From Elusimicrobiota bacterium (GTDB taxonomy: Bacteria > CG03 > SLGR01 > JAGXOG01): 64,000 nt of DNA. The DNA is taken from NCBI GenBank assembly GCA_051745145.1, contig JBNJDT010000003.1:1-64000 (forward strand). The letters run 5' to 3'. Of the stretch, positions 58,496 through 64,000 are shown piece after piece. Every line of letters begins with the position of its first letter. The stretch's first letter is position 1. Under the pieces are notes generated by a model. The model was not told where the DNA came from. It did no database searches and worked only from the letters and a program-made list of their open reading frames with translations. The translations under genes and the position numbers were made by a program.

Positions 58496-59824
58496 TCACA
58501 CAACATCACTAATATTATCAACCGTATCTAAAAATACAAGTTTAAGGTTACTGTCACTAACTTTTCTGTTCTTACCGGATAACACTACCCGGCTAAAGTT
58601 ATTTCTCTTTGCATATTCCAGTACGGGTTTAATATCATTTACCGGCCTTACCCTGCCGCTTAAATCCGTTTCTCCTATAAAAATTGTATCCCCGGCTACC
58701 GGCCGGTCAGCCAAACTCGAATACAAAGCCGCCAGTACAGCCAGATCAGCTGTCCGCTCCCTGACCGTAGTTCCGCCGCTGACATTCACATAGATATCCA
58801 TTCCTCCCAGCTTATTTTTTATATTTTTTTGAAATATAGCTGTCAACATCAGCAGCCGTTTTCTAAAATATCCGCTGGTTCTTCTCAATGGATATTCAAA
58901 ATAGCTATCTGTAACCAGAGCCTGTATTTCGCAGGTAACTACTCTGGGGCCTTTAAGCACACAGGTTTTTGCCTGGCCGGTTATATTCTCTTTCAGATCG
59001 TCCGCTATCTTTGTCCCGGTCTCTTTTAGGCCCTCTTTTCCCAGAGAATATATAACAAAATCGCCGCAGGAACCAAACCTGTTTTTCGCTCCGGTAATAA
59101 TTCTGCGGGACCCTTCCATAGAATCCATATACATAACAGCATCCACCATATGTTCTAAAAGCTTGGGGCCGGCTATATTTCCCTGCTTGGTTATCTGCCC
59201 GGACATCAATATTCTCACTCCCTTATTTTTAGCTAACGATGTCAGCCGGTTTCCACATAACTTAACCTGTTTTACCGAACCTGCCGCGCTGCTTTGCCCC
59301 GGGTCCTTTAAGGCCTGAATTGAATCGATAAATAACACATCGGGTTTAAGTTCATCAACTATTTTTTCAACCTGTTCAAGATCCCCGGTTCCGGCCACTG
59401 TAATATTATCCCCTTTGATTTTTAATCTCCGGGAATGAACTTTTACCTGTTCCGGACTTTCTTCACCGCTTACAAAAAGCACTCTATATTCTGAGCTTGC
59501 AATTTTATCGGCCAGCTGTAAAAACAGGGTACTTTTCCCCACTCCCGGCGGGCCGCCCAGCAGAACTACTTCTTTTTCCACTAACCCCCCCCCAAGCATC
59601 CGGTCAAATCCGGCCGAATCCGTGGGTAACCTGTTTTTTGTCTGCGGGGATATATCTTTTAATTTACTTATACCCGCATCCAGGGTTGAGCTTTTGCCCT
59701 TTTTAGCCTCTTTTTTAGTAAATTTTTTAGTTTCTACTATAGATTCCCAGGCATCACATCTGGGGCATTGTCCCAGCCATTTAGTAGCCTGGTAACCGCA
59801 TTCGACACATTCAAAAGAAGACAT
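58496..59824 (-). CDS. radA: DNA repair protein RadA/Sms
   Basis: CxxC...CxxC zinc finger, GPPGVGKST, GEES, DSIQ, AGP..LEH.VD, KNRFG. Confidence 0.95.
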   Translation of the reverse strand: MSSFECVECGYQATKWLGQCPRCDAWESIVETKKFTKKEAKKGKSSTLDAGISKLKDISPQTKNRLPTDSAGFDRMLGGGLVEKEVVLLGGPPGVGKSTLFLQLADKIASSEYRVLFVSGEESPEQVKVHSRRLKIKGDNITVAGTGDLEQVEKIVDELKPDVLFIDSIQALKDPGQSSAAGSVKQVKLCGNRLTSLAKNKGVRILMSGQITKQGNIAGPKLLEHMVDAVMYMDSMEGSRRIITGAKNRFGSCGDFVIYSLGKEGLKETGTKIADDLKENITGQAKTCVLKGPRVVTCEIQALVTDSYFEYPLRRTSGYFRKRLLMLTAIFQKNIKNKLGGMDIYVNVSGGTTVRERTADLAVLAALYSSLADRPVAGDTIFIGETDLSGRVRPVNDIKPVLEYAKRNNFSRVVLSGKNRKVSDSNLKLVFLDTVDNISDVV

Positions 59825-61095
59825 CAGTCCATCTTTAACTCTATTCCGGCCCTGAAATTTTGGTTTTCCAGCAGATCTTCAGCAGATATACCCAATTCCA
59901 GGTAATCTGTAAGGGTCAGCCTGGAGGATACAGTCAACCACGGATTTTCAGCTCTACTCAGTTCAAATATTTCCGACCCCACTTTAAACCTGTTTTTAAA
60001 AGGATTCCACTCCAGTCCCAGGCCACCCGACGAACGAATAGCTCCACCGTAAAATTTAAAATTATTTATATTTTTCCCCGCTTTAAAAGTTATGGAATTT
60101 ATTCTGTCTCCACCGGAATCAAACGTACCTACCGAATTATCCGAAGGGGTTATGTTTTCCAGTCCCATAAACAGATATTTATCCGATTCGGGATTCAAAG
60201 ATAATCCGGCGGAACTTCTTAAATTTTCGCTGTCCGGATCATAATAAAATTCTGATTCCCAGGAAGTCTCAAACCCTTTAGCATTATCTACCGCTTCCCG
60301 TAAATCCTGAGAAGTCTCATATATACTGTCGATAGTAGTTCCCACTTTTTTGCCATATTCGTCAGAAGCTAAAAATTTTCCGGCTACAGTTTCGCCCTTC
60401 TTTATATCCTGGACCAGAAGTTTAAGTTCCTTTACTAACTCTCCCATATTTTCAAAATTCTGTTTTAACCCCTCTGTCTGAGAAGCCATAAGAGAATCCA
60501 CTTCTTCTAAAATTGAATTAATATTTTTTACCGATTTTTTTAGTTTTTCTCCGTCCTCGCCAAAAGAACTATCTATATCTTTGGATATGGAGTTTAAATT
60601 TTTAAATGACTCGTTTACATTATCCATTAATTCGGAATTATGAGCCAACTTTTCAAAAGAAGTAACTATCCTGTCCAGTCCGGATATCATCTCATTTATA
60701 GTTTCTTCGTATCCTATGGGCGCCGAACCTTCTAATTTGTCCCCATCCTTAACTAAGGGGTAGTCCGAAGTACCGGGATTAATAGTCATGAAAGTATTTC
60801 CAATAATTCCGCTTCTGGATACATTTATAGTGGCATTTTTATAAATATTAATTCCCTCTTCAATCCAAACCCGGACTCTTGCGTTGCCGTTATCCAGAGT
60901 TATATTTTTTACTCTTCCCACTTCCACCCCGGAAATTTTTATGACAGAATTATTAGGCAGATCCGCAACGGTATCGAACATGACGTCAAATTCATATCCT
61001 TTCTTTAGAGTAACATTGCCAAGTGAAATAATTACTATCCCGGCGGATATAAAAAATAATATTAACAACATCCCCAGTTTTATCTGTGGTTTCAT
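59824..61095 (-). CDS. mlaD: MCE (MlaD) protein with long helical stalk and putative C-terminal beta-barrel
   Basis: N-terminal TM, MCE domain (GVEVGRV), coiled-coil region, then about 150 aa of alternating beta-strand pattern. Confidence 0.85.
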   Translation of the reverse strand: MKPQIKLGMLLILFFISAGIVIISLGNVTLKKGYEFDVMFDTVADLPNNSVIKISGVEVGRVKNITLDNGNARVRVWIEEGINIYKNATINVSRSGIIGNTFMTINPGTSDYPLVKDGDKLEGSAPIGYEETINEMISGLDRIVTSFEKLAHNSELMDNVNESFKNLNSISKDIDSSFGEDGEKLKKSVKNINSILEEVDSLMASQTEGLKQNFENMGELVKELKLLVQDIKKGETVAGKFLASDEYGKKVGTTIDSIYETSQDLREAVDNAKGFETSWESEFYYDPDSENLRSSAGLSLNPESDKYLFMGLENITPSDNSVGTFDSGGDRINSITFKAGKNINNFKFYGGAIRSSGGLGLEWNPFKNRFKVGSEIFELSRAENPWLTVSSRLTLTDYLELGISAEDLLENQNFRAGIELKMD

Positions 61096-61856
61096 TACAA
61101 TACTTCTCCGTTTTTAGTTACAATTTTTCCTTTTCCGGCTCCCTGAATAAATTCCTGTACCTTAGAATTATCGGAATTTTTAAATTCAGGTACCGTGGCT
61201 ACTTCTATAATTTCGCCGTCCTTTAAAAAACCTATCCGGTCTGATACCTTATAAGCCGTAGTTAAATCATGGGTAACCATAATCGATGTAATATTAAAAT
61301 TTTCCTGTAATTTTACAAATAGTTTACAAATAGCTTCCGTAGTAATAGGATCAAGTCCGGTTGTCGGCTCATCGTAAAAAATATATCTGGGTTTTGTGGC
61401 AATAGCCCTGGCTAAGGCTACTCTTCTTTGCATACCTATAGAAAGACTTTCCGGAAGTTTTTTTTCAACTCCTTTCAACCTCACGGTAGCTAAGGTTTCT
61501 CTAACAATTTTTTGAATTTTCTCTTCTTTGTAATCCGTAAGCCGCCTTAATCCGAAGGCAACATTTTCCCCCACTGTCAAACTGTCAAATAAAGCTCCAC
61601 CCTGAAATACCATGCCGATCTTTCTTTGAATTCTGGTTAATTTATGCTGGGGAAGCCCCACAATCTCCTCTTTATCTATCTTAATACTTCCCGAATCCGG
61701 TTTTATAATTCCTATTATTGTCTTTATAAATACTGATTTACCTTCCCCCGAACCTCCGACCAGGGTAAAAATTTCCCCGTCTGTTATATTTAAATCGATA
61801 CTCCTTAATACTCTTTCACTGCCAAATGCCTTATTTAAGTTTTTTATTTCTATCAT
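61095..61856 (-). CDS. mlaF: Mla ABC transporter ATPase
   Basis: GGSGEGKS, FQ.GALFDSL, LSIGMQRRVALARA, YDEPTTGLDP, VTHD. Confidence 0.92.
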   Translation of the reverse strand: MIEIKNLNKAFGSERVLRSIDLNITDGEIFTLVGGSGEGKSVFIKTIIGIIKPDSGSIKIDKEEIVGLPQHKLTRIQRKIGMVFQGGALFDSLTVGENVAFGLRRLTDYKEEKIQKIVRETLATVRLKGVEKKLPESLSIGMQRRVALARAIATKPRYIFYDEPTTGLDPITTEAICKLFVKLQENFNITSIMVTHDLTTAYKVSDRIGFLKDGEIIEVATVPEFKNSDNSKVQEFIQGAGKGKIVTKNGEVL

Positions 61857-61857
61857 A

Positions 61858-62643
61858 TTATATGATACCCAATGTATTTAAAAGCTGGGAGAGGAAATAA
61901 TCCGACACTAATATAAAAAGCATGGAATATACCACTGCCTGGGTCGTACTTTTTCCAACCCCCTCTGCTCCCCCCGATGTATTAAATCCCATATAACAGC
62001 TTACCGTAACTATTATGAAACCAAAAAATACGGATTTAATCAAGCCGTGGACAAAATGAATAATCTGAAGATGAGATAATATGTCATTCATGTAAACAGA
62101 ACCGGAAATATTAAAAGTTTTTGTAGCTACTATGTACCCCCCCCATATCCCGGTAAGATCGGCCATTAACGTAATAACCGGGAGCATAACCATAATCGCA
62201 ATAAACAGGGGAACCCCCAGATACTGTTCGGGAGTTGTGCCCAGAGTATAAAGAGCATCCAGCTGATCACTGACCTTCATTGTACCCAGCTGGGCGGCTA
62301 TTGAGGCCCCTATGCGACCTGCAATTACCAGCCCGGTCAATACCGGGCCCAGTTCCAGAACTATACTGAAGGAAACTAAAAGACCCATAAAAACCGGCAT
62401 GTCAAAGAGCTTTTGAGAAGCTATCCCGCTCTGTAAAGCCAGAACCATCCCCGTAAAGAGTGCAGCCAAAAGTACCAAAGGCAGGGAGTCCACTCCTATT
62501 CTAACCATCTGCTTTACAACATTCTTAGGATTATCCCAGGGTTTAAATATAAAAAAAAATATTTTTTTAACCATTAAGGCAGCCCCCCCGAAATTCTCTG
62601 CTGCAGATAGAAATTTATTTAAAATTTTATTTGAGAAATTCAC
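61858..62643 (-). CDS. mlaE: Mla ABC transporter permease
   Basis: ELGPVLT....GR.G....A.LGTM....Q.DAL, GGAEGVG..TT.AVV. Confidence 0.93.
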   Translation of the reverse strand: MNFSNKILNKFLSAAENFGGAALMVKKIFFFIFKPWDNPKNVVKQMVRIGVDSLPLVLLAALFTGMVLALQSGIASQKLFDMPVFMGLLVSFSIVLELGPVLTGLVIAGRIGASIAAQLGTMKVSDQLDALYTLGTTPEQYLGVPLFIAIMVMLPVITLMADLTGIWGGYIVATKTFNISGSVYMNDILSHLQIIHFVHGLIKSVFFGFIIVTVSCYMGFNTSGGAEGVGKSTTQAVVYSMLFILVSDYFLSQLLNTLGII

Positions 62644-62645
62644 CT

Positions 62646-63752
62646 TTAAAGTGTGCCCACATATTCCCGGGGCACCCGGTCGGATATGCCGGTGGTTATC
62701 TCATAATTTATAGTTTGTGCTTGAGCAGCTAATTCCTCGGCCGTTATACTGTCTTCTTCCGCCTTACCTAAAAGAATAGCCCTATCCCCGATTTCCACCC
62801 CTTCTATACCGGTAACGTCCACCATTATCATATCCATACACACCCTCCCTATTACCGGCGCCCTTTTTCCGGCGATAATAACCTCGGATTTATTGGAGAG
62901 CAGGCGGGGATAACCATCGGCGTATCCCACGCATAGAGTAGCTACCTTTGACTTGCGGGGCGCAACCCAGGTTCCCCCGTAGCTTACGGGCGTGCCTTTA
63001 GACACCTCTTTTAAATATATAATACTGGAATTCCACCGCATAACCGGATCAAGAGAATATTTTTTCCTGGAGACATTGTCCGGATATAATCCGTATATAA
63101 AAAGCCCCGGCCGGACAAGGTTAAAAAGAGATTCGTCAAAATTCATAATACCTGCTGTATTGGCGGCATGCACAAAAGGAGGCAACTCATCCAATTCATT
63201 GAGAATATGCCTGAATTTTCTTATCTGTTTTTTAGTAAAACCCGGATCTTCATCGGCTTTGGCCAAATGGGTAAATATACCCTGGGGTATCAGGCGGGAA
63301 TTTTCAAGTAATTTATCCCATAAGTTAACTGCCGCGGGAGGAGAAACGCCGATACGCCCCATACCCGTATCCACTTTAAGATGGAACCCGATCTCCTTGT
63401 TCTTTTCCCGGGCCACTTTTGCTAAATTTTCTGCCGACTTTTCACTGGCAACTATGGGAGTAAGATTATACTTAAAAACTTCCCTGTAATTTTTAAAAGG
63501 ATATATTGACCCCAGTATCAGAATGGGCATCTCTATAGAATTTTCCCGGAGCTCTATTCCCTCTTCAATAGTCGCTACTCCCAGGATATCAGCCCCCGCC
63601 TGTTCGAGGACCTTTCCCACTTTGACCGCCCCGTGTCCGTAAGCATCTGCTTTTATTACCGGCATAATCTTAGTACCTGTAATATCCTTAACCATCTGAA
63701 AATTATTTTTTACCGCTTGTAAATCAACTTCTGCGAAAGTAGGTCTTAACAT
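62646..63752 (-). CDS. alr: Alanine racemase
   Basis: VIKADAYGHG, HLKVDTGMGRIG, VRPG, VSYG, GYADG, GRVCMD, TINYEI. Confidence 0.97.
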   Translation of the reverse strand: MLRPTFAEVDLQAVKNNFQMVKDITGTKIMPVIKADAYGHGAVKVGKVLEQAGADILGVATIEEGIELRENSIEMPILILGSIYPFKNYREVFKYNLTPIVASEKSAENLAKVAREKNKEIGFHLKVDTGMGRIGVSPPAAVNLWDKLLENSRLIPQGIFTHLAKADEDPGFTKKQIRKFRHILNELDELPPFVHAANTAGIMNFDESLFNLVRPGLFIYGLYPDNVSRKKYSLDPVMRWNSSIIYLKEVSKGTPVSYGGTWVAPRKSKVATLCVGYADGYPRLLSNKSEVIIAGKRAPVIGRVCMDMIMVDVTGIEGVEIGDRAILLGKAEEDSITAEELAAQAQTINYEITTGISDRVPREYVGTL

Positions 63753-63758
63753 AAATCT

Positions 63759-64000
63759 TTAAATTTTCTGTTTATTTGTAAAATTCCTGAACCGGGTTAT
63801 CTTTTTCTGAAATATCAGATCAATATTTCCGGTCGGACCGTTACGCTGTTTCCCTATAATAAGTTCTGCTTTATTTTCATCTTCGGGCATTATCTCGTCT
63901 TCACTTTTATAATACGAAGGACGGTATAAAAACAGAACCAGATCAGCATCCTGTTCAATAGCCCCGCTTTCTCTTAAATCCGAAAGCCGGGGCCGGGCGT
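63759..64000 (-). CDS. dnaB: Replicative DNA helicase, C-terminal part (runs off the window end)
   Basis: Manual translation [25 protein letters not shown]...[11 protein letters not shown]...RF..* with stop at 63759-63761; not in the ORF track. Confidence 0.95.
   Translation of the reverse strand, partial: ARPRLSDLRESGAIEQDADLVLFLYRPSYYKSEDEIMPEDENKAELIIGKQRNGPTGNIDLIFQKKITRFRNFTNKQKI

Noticed and set aside
354..63489. Many opposite-strand or alternate-frame ORFs (e.g. 27965-29092, 40194-40931, 17088-17609, 57051-57599)
   Set aside because: They lie within well-supported genes, have no recognisable motifs and show the composition typical of antisense shadows.
1..64000. tRNA/rRNA genes, CRISPR arrays, IS elements, integrases, defence systems
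   Set aside because: No cloverleaf, regularly spaced repeats, terminal inverted repeats or transposase/Cas-like ORFs were seen on manual reading.

Overview
AT-rich bacterial chromosomal segment, almost entirely coding, with most genes on the minus strand. It looks like an anaerobic, fermentative diderm. The gene order dnaB-alr-mlaEFD-radA-PIN/TRAM-ispDF-cysS suggests Elusimicrobiota, but that is recollection, not a search result. Housekeeping content: tyrS, glyQS, aspS, hisS, cysS, recO, nth, PBP1A, ispDF, phoH-pgpH-ybeY-dgkA, pgi, fba, ppdK. Main systems: (1) a complete trimeric NAD-linked, probably electron-bifurcating [FeFe]-hydrogenase operon hydCBA-hydFGE behind a near-perfect Rex box, placed between tandem CNNM and tandem MgtE genes; (2) a three-subunit xanthine-dehydrogenase-family molybdoenzyme; (3) an ECF sigma/ZAS anti-sigma pair with a self-type promoter. 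Most unusual signals: an uncharacterised Cys-rich envelope redox pair (Ig-like/Trx/CcdA fusion plus a 5'-nucleotidase-fold lipoprotein lacking its metal ligands), strong window-wide over-representation of CCGG, repeated near-leaderless promoters, and decayed gene remnants in intergenic gaps. I saw no tRNA, rRNA, CRISPR or IS element. All calls come from manual motif reading; no database searches were run.
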